Source: Callorhinchus milii
Lineage: Eukaryota
Assembly (NCBI RefSeq): GCF_018977255.1
Contig: NW_024704742.1
Location: forward strand, 131,628,001 to 131,692,000
DNA length: 64,000 bases
Direction: 5' to 3'
The notes under the pieces were generated by a model. That model saw only the letters and a program-made list of their open reading frames with translations, did no database searches and was not told the origin of the DNA. A program made the translations under genes and the position numbers. Of this stretch, positions 34,860-47,706 are shown in pieces; the first letter of the stretch is position 1, and each line of letters starts with the position of its first letter.

Positions 34860-36415
34860 AACCAGTCTTTGATCTCCAAGACTTGGACATACAAGTGAAT
34901 GAGGTTCTAGCTAGGCTCAAGGGGAAGAAAACCAATAAATTCCACAGGACGGATGAACTCTACCCCAGTATACTTAGAGAGACAAGGCGGGAGATTTTTG
35001 AAGCACTGACAGACATTATGAGAGAGTCAATCATGACTGGTGAGGTTCCAACAGCAAAGCTAAGACATGGACTCAAAACTGGCTGAAGGGAAGGTAGCAG
35101 AGAGTAGTCATTAGAAGAACTAGGTCAAATAGAGAGAGGTGTTGTGGAACACCTCGCGGGTCTACTGGAACCCCTCCTGTTTCATGTATACATTGATGAC
35201 TTTAATTTATAGACTCAGGACAAAATAGAATTAGAAGAGACAGCAAACATATTATGAAGAGAGTCTGCTAAGGTCTCCAAATGCAAGGATTATTATTATT
35301 ATTATATGGATAAATACAAGATTCTCCATATAGGAAGCAAAAATAGAAGGCACACATATTAATAATAGTGCTTGCATTTGATATAGTGCTTTTCACATTT
35401 TCTAGACGTTTCAAAGCGCTTCACAGAATATACTGTAAAGTTAATTGACTGTATATTTGTGGGTGAAACGCGGCAGAGAATTGCGCACAGCATTGTCCCA
35501 TAAACAGTCGTGGATTGAAGTGATCAATATATTATTATTATTATTTTTTCTTGAGGGATTATTATCAGGTGTGTGGAGTAAGAAAACTTGCCCTCTAACC
35601 ACGGAGCTACAGTGCTCTTCCATAGATGGGATAGATAATAATGTAATAATAATAATAATAATAAATAGATCATAATAAATAATAATAAATAATAATAATT
35701 ATAAATAATAATAGATCTTGCCAAGGGGGAAGCTGAAAAGGATCTAAGAGTGTTAATTGACTCATCACATCAAAACAGTGAGAGAACATAATAAACAATA
35801 ATAATAATAATCCTTGCATTTGATATAGCGCTTTTCACGTCAGGAGGACGTCCCAAAGCGCTTCACAGAACACACTGTAAAGTGAATTGACTGTATGTTT
35901 GTGGGCGAACGCGGCAGCCAATTGCGCACAGCAAAGGAAAGCATGCTTAGGTTTTACTGTCAAAGACTTTGAGTTCAGATCCCAGGAAATCATGCTCAAG
36001 ATACACAGTGCTCACAGAGACAGTGAAGAGGAGAGCAACATGGATGATCCCCAATGTTAGAGGAAAGAACTTTGAGCAAATATTAAACAAGTTAGGGTAC
36101 TTCAGCCTTGAAAGCGACATTTCAGAGGGATTTTATAGAGGTACACAAGATTTTAATGGAATTGATTAAGGAAAGCCAGATCAATACTTTCTGATGTGTT
36201 ATGTAGAAGAACAAGAGGGCACAACTCCGTGCAGCAAAGGAAAATTTCAGGACAAACACTAAGAACAGATTATCAGGAAGAGTGGTTGAGGCCAGGATGC
36301 TGGACTCAGTAAAGAAACAGCTTGATGCTCTGATGTGAAGGCAGGAGAAGGTATTATGATGGATGAGATCAAGTAGGCTGGAGGGCTGCCTTAATCCAAA
36401 CTGATCTCGTGAACT
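34860..36415 (+). mobile_element. decayed CR1 ORF2 (RT region to 3' end), interrupted by SINEs and (AAT)n
   Basis: EVLARLKG..DELYPSILRE..EIFEALTDIMRES..GEVP; later EKDLRVLID and RRATWMIP..; CR1 terminus near 36400. Confidence 0.85.
35362..35615 (-). mobile_element. short-subfamily SINE with head deletion
   Basis: tail to ...ctaaccacggagctacag. Confidence 0.85.
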
Positions 36416-37617
36416 CAGGCATCCACAACTCAACAGTTCATGTATTTTTTGTATTAAAAAATGATTAATTTGTTCTCTATCTCCAACTGATAGAGATCCA
36501 ACATTTCCACCTAGTCTTCCTAGATTTCTAATGTCTTTTTGATTTATTTTCCTGATGATGCACTTTGCAGGATTTGTGTTTCATTTGTTCCTGTTGCACA
36601 AGTGTAGATGAGCTTATTATTGGAGGATAATACTGCTGATGCTGCTGTTGTGATGGCTGATAGTTTCAAGAATTATAGAACCATAGAAATGTACAGCACA
36701 GAAGAAGACCATTCAGTCCATTGTATCTTTGCTGGATCCTTGAAAGAACAATCCTTTCAATCCCAAAACAAGGACTAGGAATAAACTGTCTCCCCATTTA
36801 GCTCATTCTAAATTAACGTGCTGTTCCTATTTTCGACTTGTTAGTAGATTTACTGCCCTTTGTAGTGCGAGTGGGTGTATAATGCGATTCTAAAAGGCCC
36901 AAAGGTTGATGAAGGGTCATAGTAACTTTATCAACTTGTGGAGGATAAGTCCCAGTGAAGTATTCATTAATCAAATATTCACCAAGATCATGTGAACACT
37001 TGCAATTTACTGCAATACACTGGTAACAACTGCTCAACTCAACAATGTCGTTCACTTCCCACACACTGAATACTGTGCTTTCTATTTATCCCCACTTTTG
37101 AAGAATATTTGACCATAGTCCAATTAAATGGATAATCCTGATCAAAGAACATCATTTCCTCTTGCTCATTCATTTTTGATGTTTTTCACACAGTGTTGTT
37201 TAATCTCCTCTAAATACACGTAACAAATAAGTCTAATTTTTGACACATTGATACAACACCTTCAGCACGGGCAAATTGTGTTAATATTTTATAACCGTGA
37301 ATTGGTTTGTGTTGTCTTAGACACAGTTGTGTAATGAATGATTAAGCAGGCTGAGATACAAATATTGGAAATCGGTCTTCAGGGAGACTGAAGGAAGTCA
37401 GACTCGCCATAGCTGTAAGACCTTGTGCGTTTGTCTCATTGCTTCCCTGTAATTAAGGCTGATGTTGATATTGGAATGAAATATCTCTCCAGGTTAGATG
37501 AGAGGTGTGTTGTGGATCAATACAAACAAAAAATGTGAAGCTTCAGACTCACTGAACGTAAATATGAGAAAATAGTCGTAGGATCTATGTTAGCTTTCAG
37601 GAGAGAATTAGGTGGAA

Positions 37618-37835
37618 ATAACACCTGATCATAATCCCTCAAGAAAAAAAATAATAAATTGGTCACTTCAATCCACGACTATTTGTGGGACACTGTTGCG
37701 CGCAATTTGGCTGCCGCATTTCGCCCACAGTCAATTCACTTTACAATACATTCAATATATATATTCTGTGATGCGCTTTGAGATATTATGCAAGGATTAT
37801 TATTATTATTATTAATTATTATTATTATTATTAAT
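37618..37835 (+). mobile_element. SINE 3' part, short subfamily
   Basis: ataatccctcaagaaaaaaaataataaattggtcac...(ATT)n. Confidence 0.85.
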
Positions 37836-38654
37836 ACCTGCAGGGGGTATGGGGAAAAGGCAGGTAAATGGGTCTGAATGGATTGCTCTTTCAAAGAATC
37901 AGCACAGACACATTTGGGTCAAATGATCTTCTTCTGTTATAAATTTCTATGTCTCTAAACATGGAAATTACAGCACATTGTGCTCATTGAACCTATGCTG
38001 GTGCTATATTACCCAATCCCTACTCTTTCCTTCTGTTGTGTTTCATCAAATATTTATCCAGTTGCCTTTTGGATGTTGTTATGGTTTCAGTATTAATGCA
38101 TGCCCAAACATTCTGTGTTCTACCAGCCCCTTGTGTGACAAAAACATCTTCTAAACTAAATTTTGTTGGTGATAAGCCTGACATTATGGCCTTTGTTATC
38201 GATTCACCATCTATAATCTTTCACTATTTATCTTCCTTTAGAGTCCTCCCCTTTCACTTTCTCTATTCCAGTAAAAACAGCCAATGTTTAGAGCCTATCC
38301 TTTTAACTATAGCTCCTCATTCATGTACTCATATTCCATCCAGGATGTTGAACAGTTACCACTATTTATAGATATAATATTATCAGTTCAACAACAACAA
38401 CTTCCATTTATATAGCACCCTTCACACGGGGTAGCTTTCTGGAGTGCAACAGTATATTTATGGATCAAAGAAAAAATGTAAGCAATTTTTTTGTACCCAT
38501 AGAAGATTTTTAGATTATTGAAATCCTTATCAGGAATGGCTGTTGAATTCAACAACAACACACCAACTTGCATTTATTTCAAGCGTTCTGGGACGCTACC
38601 CTGGGTAAGGGGTGCTATATAAATGCAAGTTGTTGTTTTACCGTATCCTTCAAT

Positions 38655-39184
38655 AACAACAACAACAACAACAAGATTCCATTTATAGAGCGCCTTTCAC
38701 GTCGGGAGGACGTCCCAAGGCGCTGGACAGTTGGGTCAGGACCCGAGCAGGGGGGAAATGGTCAGGTGAGGGGAGGGAAGGGAGGGAGCGAGGAGGGGGG
38801 AAACGGTCAGGGTGAGGGGAGGGAAGGGAGGGAGCAAGGAGGGGGGAAATGGTCAGGGTGAGGGGAGGGAAGGGAGGGAGCGAGGAGGGGGTAGAGAGTC
38901 GAGAGGGGAGCTGAAGGCTCAGTCAAAGAGAAAGGTCTTGAGACCGGCCTTGAAGGAGGAAAGGGAGGAAGCGGCGAAGGCACTGGGGGATAGAGTTCCA
39001 GAGCCTCGGAGAGGCTGAAGGCCCGGCCACCGATGGTAGGGCGGTTGGGGCGGGGGATGTGGAGCAGACCGGAGCCAGAGGAACGGAGGGTATGGGCAGG
39101 TAGGTTGGGGGATAGTAGGTCGGAGAGGTAGGAGGGAGCAAGGCCGTGAATGGCCTTGTAGGTGAGGATGAGGATCTTGAATTC
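38655..39184 (-). mobile_element. young L2 3' fragment with internal tandem repeat
   Basis: (CAA)n tail; EFKILILTYKAIHGLAPSYLSDLL in ORF 38807-39208; three ggtcagg-containing units. Confidence 0.93.
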
Positions 39185-41202
39185 AAGCAAGTAGCATCTC
39201 GGAGTCACTAAAGTCCATACAACAAGAAATTGTACTTGTATTTATATAGCACCCTTCAAAGCAGGGTGGCATCTCAGAGCCATAACAGGATTTAAAAGGG
39301 ATATGAATAAATACTTGAAGAAAAATAATATTCATTGACATGGGGAAATATGTTATGGCATGCAGATCGAGGCTGAATTTTTCTGTTCGTACCACTGTAA
39401 TGGGTTAACAATTGACTGATACCAGCACAATGGATCTGCAAGGTAATATCTACAGTCCAGAATAGAAAGCAGGGAACACGCTGTAAATAGTTAGCTCATC
39501 CCAACAGTGGAAGGATAGGATCAGATGGACGAAGGACCTTCATCATCCAAGCTAATCTTGTGATCTTTAAAATAATTGCAATTGAAGTATGAGATTGCAA
39601 AATATCCATTTTCAATTATAACCTGCACTTTCCTGCAGGTCCATTATTTCTTCTTGGCATTTGTATTAAGTTGTAAGGGACATTGTTTTGGCCATGGACC
39701 TATATGCATTGGAAATTACATTACAAGCACCAATACCCCTTTCACTTAAATCCCAGAACACCTATCAAAGAGAGCATATTTTCCAGCCTATCTTTGCTAG
39801 TTAGATTCAAAGACAGGTCTAGTAGGCAAACGGACATCAATGATCCAATCAACCCCCAGCCCCGTCCTCTCCCCACCTCATTACCAATGTTCAAAGATTG
39901 ACGGAGATTAACATTAATGCAATGGCTACATCATTTCAGCTGGTTGGAAGTCAAAGGAAACAGTCCTATCCATGTAAACCATTCAAGTATTCGCTGTCAT
40001 TTTAGTGCTAATATGTGTTCAAGCAGTTGAGTTGAAAAGAATATAGGTAGCAACTGATTCATTATTCACATTCATATTGGGTGCACTGCCTCATTTGTAA
40101 TTATTTGCAATCATTCACGAGTGACATGATCCGACTGGATTCATAAAATTAATGGAGGCTCCTGGGATTTAGATTTGTACTGAGACAATGTGGGAAGATT
40201 AAGTGTGATGATCATTTCCTTTCTTTCTGCCTTTGAAAACGGTTAGCATCAGGTGTAGGCTTCAGGTGAAGCTACGGCGGTTATCTCGATGGCTCGCTGC
40301 CAGCTGCCACTTTTCACTTTGCTTCAATGACTGCCACATCAGGCACATATGTACACCTTAGTTTAAATTAAATGCCATATGCAGGCTTTGATGTCTGTCC
40401 CCGGCATCTGTATTCCCCTAGAGACAGCGCTTTTACTCTGTTACAAGGCTTTTGCATGTCTCAGTACATGAAAAGGAGCTGTTCGGTGAGGAATGTACAA
40501 ATATGAGCAGCTTCACTTGCTGTCCACAGCTGAGCCATGGGTGTAGAAATAAGCTGTATAAGCACCCTGGCTTTACTGAGCTACCACCATACAAACTCCT
40601 CGCACCTCAATTGCTTCTCAAAACCTATATTTATTAATAAGATTATCCTGATAGAAAAGATTCCTGCATTGTAGCATCTCTGGGCTAATGAGATCATCAG
40701 ATTAACAGTGACAATGTGCAATGAATCCACCACCAATTCATTTGAATAGTAAATAAAGAGACTTGTAGCTCAGCGCACTTAAATGTAGTTCTTTCAGCTC
40801 TGGGACCGTTGCTCTAACCTGACCATAATCAGAAGACTGGGGATGTGGAAAGCGATAGGAATGAATGTCTTCCTTTTATAAATGTCATTAATGATAGGAC
40901 GTGAAATTAATTTCCTAATCTCCATTCAAATCCCAGTTGGCACAAAAAAATCTCCTCACAATGAACACTGTCATATCAATATTAATACCGAAGGCCTGGA
41001 AGCTGAAATGTACTTTAATTATATCGAAACTATTGATATGTCAGGTATAATGGGATGGAATTTACATCATTTCATAACGTCTTGCTTGTGATAATTATCA
41101 CAAGGAACTCATTATGAAGCATCGTAAATTTCACCCAGCAGTGTGCTTGAACAGCTTTTTGGTTTGAGGCATTAGCAAAATCTCTTAAATTATCTTAGTG
41201 TG

Positions 41203-41384
41203 TCAGCTTGGTTTGTCGGTAGCATTCTCACCTCTGAGTCAGAAGATTGTAAGTTCAATCACCCACCCCCCCCACCCCCACTCTCACCCCACTATCAGGA
41301 TTTTGAACTCCGCTTAAACTAAAATGCCTTGCTGGAGATGTGCTGCATTGTAGGCAGTGCCATCTTTAAGATGAGATGTTAAAC
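41203..41384 (+). mobile_element. Deu/SacSINE-like SINE 5' part, truncated at a hAT end
   Basis: gtcagcttgg...cctctgagtcagaag...gagatgttaaac. Confidence 0.8.
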
Positions 41385-41460
41385 CAGTGGTGGACAACCT
41401 GAGGCCCATGAGTCGGAAGTGGCCCATGGGCCGGAAGTGGCCTATGGGGCCGGCAACAGA
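41385..41460 (+). mobile_element. hAT-Charlie-like terminal sequence (one end only)
   Basis: cagtggtggacaacctgaggcccatg followed by repeated (gg)ccggaagtggccc subterminal motifs. Confidence 0.65.
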
Positions 41461-41947
41461 TGATCACCAAACATTTGTAGGAGTCTAGGTAAGTCTGTGA
41501 TCGATTAACAGTGTGTTTTGAACGCGGGTTTGAGTCCTCACGAGGTGAAAGGTAGGTACAAGAAACTCCCTGTGCATCTCAGCACGAAATGCGTGAGAGC
41601 ATTGCCATCATCTTCCATCGAGTTCCTGTCCACATCTCGGGCACACGCTCCTTCCCATTGAGTGATGGTTCCACCAGCTGGAGGTGCGGAGTTTAATAGC
41701 AGCTGCTTGCCTCTCTGCAGGTGGATCAAAGTGGATTCCAGGCACTGGCCGAACAAACGTGTGCTCACAAACTCGGATGTGGTTACAATAGATAATATTA
41801 TGCCTTTACGCTCACAATATGGTGAATATAGTGCGTGTTGCGTTGACAATATCAAAGGTTGTATCGAGCAGACAAACTTCTCTTGTTTGGGGAAGGCTGA
41901 TGATAGCGTGCGTTGGATCTCTTGCAACTGTTCTTGTGTCACAGTTC

Positions 41948-42145
41948 CTTCAAAACAAAATAACAATAATTTGGTCACTCAATCCGCCACTCTTTGTGGG
42001 ACACTGCTGTGTGTAATCGGCTGCCGCGATTCCCCACAAAATACCCAGTCGATTCACTTTACAGTGTACTCTGTGAAGCATTTTGAGACGTCTCGAAGAT
42101 GTGATAAGGCTCTGTATCAAATGCAAGGATTATTATTATTATTAC
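41948..42145 (+). mobile_element. 5'-truncated SINE whose minus-strand ends read GT...AG
   Basis: SINE 3' body plus (ATT)n; minus strand reads atg|gtaata ... ttattttgttttgaag|gaac. Confidence 0.85.
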
Positions 42146-43311
42146 CATCGATGTCTGTTCTAACTTCTGATTTTACTTGATTCTTGGAAACTCGAGTATC
42201 TTGAAACTCTGAACCTCCGGGTGGGAGTTCTGCCTTTCTGGAGGAGAAAACAATATTCTCGCTCTCACCCCAGCTCCAGCTCCTGAACTGGCTCAGTGAC
42301 ACTCCTTTATATCATGGTTCTCTGTTTTTTTTTTACTTGAGGCTGATCCATGCAGGTCTGCAAGTCCTCGCCTGCCTGATCGCTGTTTTAATCACGCTGG
42401 CCTTAGGTGCACTTGTGCTGACTGATTCAGACAATATGGGAGTGTACATCAATTAATGTAATAACAATTAACACAAACTAGCTATAGTCACAATAACAAA
42501 TTCACTTCCGATCACATCACAATGCATCACAAACTTTCTTACGGTGAATAATACGCTTGATACAGCACTTACCTTGTTGAAACACATGTTAAAATAATTT
42601 ACTCTGACGCCTTGTTAAAAAGAAAAGCCCAACAGATGGTCAGCTCTGGCAGAGAGATAATTGATCAAGTCTCTTTATTTTAGTGCTACAAAATACACAC
42701 ATTCGCCAACAAAACACACAGTTACTACACTCTACAGTAAACACCGTGAAGTGCTTTGAAACATTTTGACGACCCGAATAAGCGCTATATCAAGTGAAAG
42801 GATTTTATTATTATTATTATTATTTATTGGTACTGTTGCTTTGAATTTTCTGCCCAGTTCCCTCCAAGTTCAAAATATTCATTGTTTTCCCTTCCTTACT
42901 GTGTTGGATTCAGTGTCTGCGCAATAATCTCTTTGTCCTATAGATCCTCATCCTTAAATCCCTCCATGGACTTGCCCCACCCTACCTCTGAGACCTCCTC
43001 AAACTCTACCAATCCATTTTACTTACCTCCTCCTTCGCCTCCTTCAAGGTACAACTCAAAACCTTCCTCTTTGATAGTGCTTTTGGCTATCTTGAAGTGC
43101 CTCACAGGATATACTGTAAAGTGGATTGACTGTGGATTCTATGGGTGAAAACAATGACCACCTTCGAAAACAGTCAATACACTTGACAATAATTACCTGA
43201 AGACACCTTTACTTGGTTTGATGCTTTAAATCACCAGAATAGCGTTTTCCCCCCAAATAAAATAGTGAAAGGCGGTGTACAGATGTAATTTTGTTGTTGT
43301 TGTATCACGTA

Positions 43312-44179
43312 AAACTTTCTTCAGTTGAACGTCAACAAGACCGAGGCTCTCCTGATTGGCTCCTGTCAGAGCCTCCTCACCTCAGGCGCTGACAGCATCA
43401 CCATCCATGGTTGCACCCTCCACCTTGCTAAGCCAGTCCAGAACCTTGGGGTCTTGTTTGACCCTCAACTATCCTTTCTACCCCACATCTGCCCCATGAC
43501 CCGCTCTACCTTCCCCAACCTTCACAACATCGCCCGGCTCTGCCGTGTCTCACACCGCAGGTCGCTGAAACCCTCATACACGCCTTCGTTACATGGAGGC
43601 TCGACTATGCAAACTCACTGCTAGTCGGCCTACCCAACTCCTCCCTCCACAGGTTGCAGATTACCCAGAACTCTGCAGCCCGTGTCCTCTCCCGCACCAG
43701 GGTCCATGAACCTATCACTCCCATCCTTGCTCAACTCCACTGGCTTCCCATCACACAGAGGATACAGTTCAAGATCCTGGTCCTCACCTTCAAAGCCTCC
43801 ACGGTCTTGCTCCCCCCTACCTCTCCAATCTCCTAACCCCCTACCATCTTGTTTGCTCACTCTGCTCAGTGGGCTTCGGCCTGCTTCATATCCCCCACCT
43901 TGCTTGCCCCACTGTCGGTGGACGGGCCTTCCACCACTCTGCACCCACCCTCTGGAACTCCATCCCGCAGTCCCTCCGCCTCGCTCCCTCACTTGCCACC
44001 TTCAAGTCTCACCTCAAGACCCTCCTCTTCGACTGTGCTTTCGATCTCCCTGCTTCCCCTGCTGCCCTCCACCCTCCCCCACCCGACCCCCAGCTTGGGT
44101 CTGTAACTCTCTCTGTCCAGCGCCCTTGGGACATCCTCCTGATGTGAAAGTCGTTATACAAATGTAACATTGTTGTTGT
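43312..44179 (+). mobile_element. L2 ORF2 3' ~870 bp (frameshifted)
   Basis: LQLNVNKTEALLIG, VQNLGVLFDPQLSF, LQITQNSAARVL, LHWLPITQRIQFKILVL, LWNSIP; (TTG)n tail. Confidence 0.93.
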
Positions 44180-45479
44180 AGAAAACCCTTTATCGGCTAC
44201 TATCACATACAAAATACATTCACTGTATATTATATAAAAGGCATTATATGAAATATGAGGACTATTTATTATGATTTAACTTTAAACAAATAAAAAAAGA
44301 TTCCCCTCCCTCCCTTCCTCCTCTCTTCTTCAGCCTTATCTTTGCTGTGCACAATTGACTGCTGCGTTTTGCTCACAAAATACACAGTCACTACGCTTTA
44401 CAGTATGTTCTGTGAAGTACTTTGAGATATCTCGACAACATGATAAGGCGCAAGAATTATTATTATTACCATTATATTATCTTCGTCTTGGTTTCACAAT
44501 TAAAAAAAACCCCACTGATATAAATCCTTGCCACAAAACACCAAAGGCTTGGACACTTTGCTCACTATCGGGAATCATCTCCTCATCCCACCCACTCTAC
44601 TTGAGATTTGATCTGATCCATTCTCAGGACTGTACCTCCAGGGAACACTTTCATATCTTTGCCAATGAGCCACCAGGGATGAGGCACACATCTCCCCAAC
44701 ACATTTACCATGACAACTAAAATTATTATTTAAGAAATAACATATATTGCTTTGGGTCGAACCACAGCTGTTTACCTGCCAGCTGTCACAATGGCAGCAA
44801 ACATAAGGCGGAAAAGTTGCTTTTTTTCTACATGGCAATGTTCCACTCTTAAAGGGGTAGGTAGGCACCAGCCATGATAGACTGCGGCAAACCTGGTGAA
44901 ATTGGTTCCGCCTAAGTAAACTCAAATTAGCACGAGTTGGACAACTCTGAGCTTTGATTTTATTGAATACTTTTGGGCACAACATACACAGTCAATTCAC
45001 TTTACAGTGTATGCTGTGAAGTGCTTTGAGACGTCTCAAAGACGTGATAAGGCGCTATATCAAATGCAAGGATTACTATTATTGTTTAAACATGATTCAT
45101 GACTTAATCCTGGTAAATAGTTCCCAATGCTTCTTTCATAATTTCTTTCTGTCAGACATTTTCTGGAATTTATTTATGAGACATAGATTTATAGCCCAGT
45201 GGAGCATGTCAGCAAGGATGAGGCAAACCCCAGTACTGGCTTCTGCTTGCAGTCACTTTGTAAAATAATATGTTTCCTTCTTAAAATGAATCGATAAAAG
45301 AGTATTCAAAAACTCACATGTGCCAAGGCTATGATTCAGTCACCTGGGTTACTGCTTCACATTACTCTGAGATCTCAGTGGGTAGGGAGGAAACTGATAG
45401 AATTCTGTAATTAGAGTGAAATTATGTATGTTCCCATTGCTTGTGTGGGGACCACTGCCTGTCCAGCTCTCTGAGATGT

Positions 45480-45682
45480 CAGGGTGGTCTAACATTTTGG
45501 CTGCTGATGGACGGATGCCCTATTTGAGAAATGTCTGTGGGCCACAGACATTTTTGTGTTTCCCTTCCAAAAACATAATTTAACATTTACCAATTTTGGA
45601 GGGAGCAGATGGGCCAGATAAAATAGAGTGGGGGGGTGGGGTGGATGAAATTGGCCCATGGGCCTCCAGTTGGATCTCCCTG
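45480..45682. mobile_element. hAT-Charlie-like MITE
   Basis: ends cagggtggtctaac / gttggatctccctg, ggcccatgggcc subterminal motif, degenerate 8-bp TSD tgagatgt / tgctatgt. Confidence 0.65.
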
Positions 45683-47246
45683 TGCTATGTGAAAGGTGTG
45701 AGTTGTTGTTTTAAATAGGCAAGCAAATCAAATGGGAAACCAGGAAGGCCGGTTGAGACATGACACATTGAAACAGCTTGTTGTCGTGATGGGAAGACCA
45801 TAGGGTTGGTAATCCGGAAAGATGATGTCAAATGGGCTGAAGGCTCTTCTTCATCTGAACCTCAGTTGCAATCTTGTGAACTAACTGGTCTGTCAACAGA
45901 CATCTCTCATTCCATTCTTTGTTATGTTCTCATTTGTGCACAATTTCCCAGTGGAATTTCTTTCACAAAAGAAGCATGTTTCTCGAGCAGACACATAAAG
46001 GCTGACATTTCATCTGCTCTTGCACCTATTCTAATTTAAAGGCCACTTTGCCAGAAAAAAATGTAGACAGCTCAGAACTGCAGGAGATTTGTGTATCAGA
46101 GGCTAGTTTTGCTTAAGAACAATGGAAAACCAACTTATTTGAAAAGGGAATGGAATTTATCCTGCACAACAATTCCCCAGGTAAACACTGATCATTCACT
46201 TCATAGCTGTTTGTGGGGCACAGTTATTCGCAAATTAGCTGCCACATTCACCAACAAATAAATAGTCACTACATTTTACAGTAAATGTTAAAAAAAGCAT
46301 TCTATTTAGCTCACAAAATACACAGTCAATCTACTTTGCAATATATTTTCTGAAGTGCTTTCAGTCGTCTCAACAACAAATGCAAGAAATATTATTATAA
46401 AATTAAGAATACATTTATGAATTTTCAATAATTCCATGAGGTCTTAACAAAATTGAGACAAAAGCACAAGATCCATTTTTCTGGAACATATTTTGATACG
46501 TATCCTTTAATATACACTTATTTGAAGAGAGACAAAAATTAATTTGGAACTAACTTTTAACAAGCACATTTCAGGCAAAGTAGAAGTCCAGCAAACTTCT
46601 TGGATGGCAAAAGATGACCTTCAAGAGAAAGTAAGTCATGTGGAATATGTGAAAGTGCTGACTATTGAAAGGATAGAAAGGAAAGCTTCAATAGCACAGC
46701 TGTGCTAACCATAATGCTAACATTCTCTAACCTGCAGCGCTGCCCAATATTGAATAATGAAACTGTCTATTTGTTATATGTACCTGTAGCCAATCTCATA
46801 TCAGTTTGAATAGAAATTTATGCTTCACTGTTATTAAGAACCATTGCATTGTTCCCTCTGATATGACAAATGGTAAAGGTAAAGGGTAGTCATCTGCTTT
46901 CCTGCTATAAGCTAAGTCCCAGAGCAGAAGCAGCTGTGAGGAGATCCGAAAGAGGATTTGTTCATAAATTATAAGAGGTTTTGATTCATAAACAGAGAGA
47001 AAATAATTCCACTGATTGTTTGGTTGGTAGCTGGAAATTAGTGTGCATTGATTTACATTAATTACCAAAAGAACAAAGAGGAAAGGTTGGAAAATCTTGA
47101 TGCAGAGGTTTGTTAGGATGTGGAATGCCTTGCCTAATCAATGGTTGAGATAGGATCCATATTAGCTTTCAAGGGAAATGTGTTGAAAGGAGAAACATCT
47201 CATGATGTACCTGCTTGACCACAGTTTCCGTCATTTTGGCTGCTCT

Positions 47247-47706
47247 GTCAGCCTGGCTCATTGGTAGCACTCTAGCTTCTGAGTCAGAAGGCTGTGAGTT
47301 CTAAATCCCTCGACAGGACTTGGAATCACATAGTCTGAACTGACATGCCAATACAGTGCTAGGGGGGTGAGGTGTGGGGGTGGGTGTTGCATTGTTAGAG
47401 GCGAAGTCCCTCGGGTGAAACATTAAACCGAGATGCTGTCTATCTGTTCAGGTGGACGTTAAAGATCCCATAGATTTCGAAAAGAGAATGGAATTTTTCC
47501 CGGTGTCCTGGTCAACAATCCCCCAAATAAAATAAAAGGTCACTCACTCCGTAGTTGTCCGTGGGACATTACTGTACATAAACTGGTTGCTGCGTTCGAC
47601 CATAAAATGCAGTCAATCCACTTTATAATATATCCTGTGAAACACTTTGAGATGTCTCAACGACATGATAAGGTGCTAAATCAAATGCAAAGATTATTAT
47701 TATTAT
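47247..47706 (+). mobile_element. full-length Deu/SacSINE-like SINE
   Basis: gtcagcctggctcattggtagcactc head, central ggtggacgttaaagatccca, L2-like tail. Confidence 0.88.

Noticed and set aside
42341..42457. Hydrophobic peptide LIHAGLQVLACLIAVLITLALGALVL resembling a cytochrome b561 helix
   Set aside because: Short, closed by a stop, preceded by an atypical GAG acceptor, with no partner exons found
41385..45682. One large hAT element bounded by the ends at 41385 and 45682
   Set aside because: The 45682 end pairs better with 45480 (near-matching TSD), and the flank at 41377-41384 does not match 45683-45690
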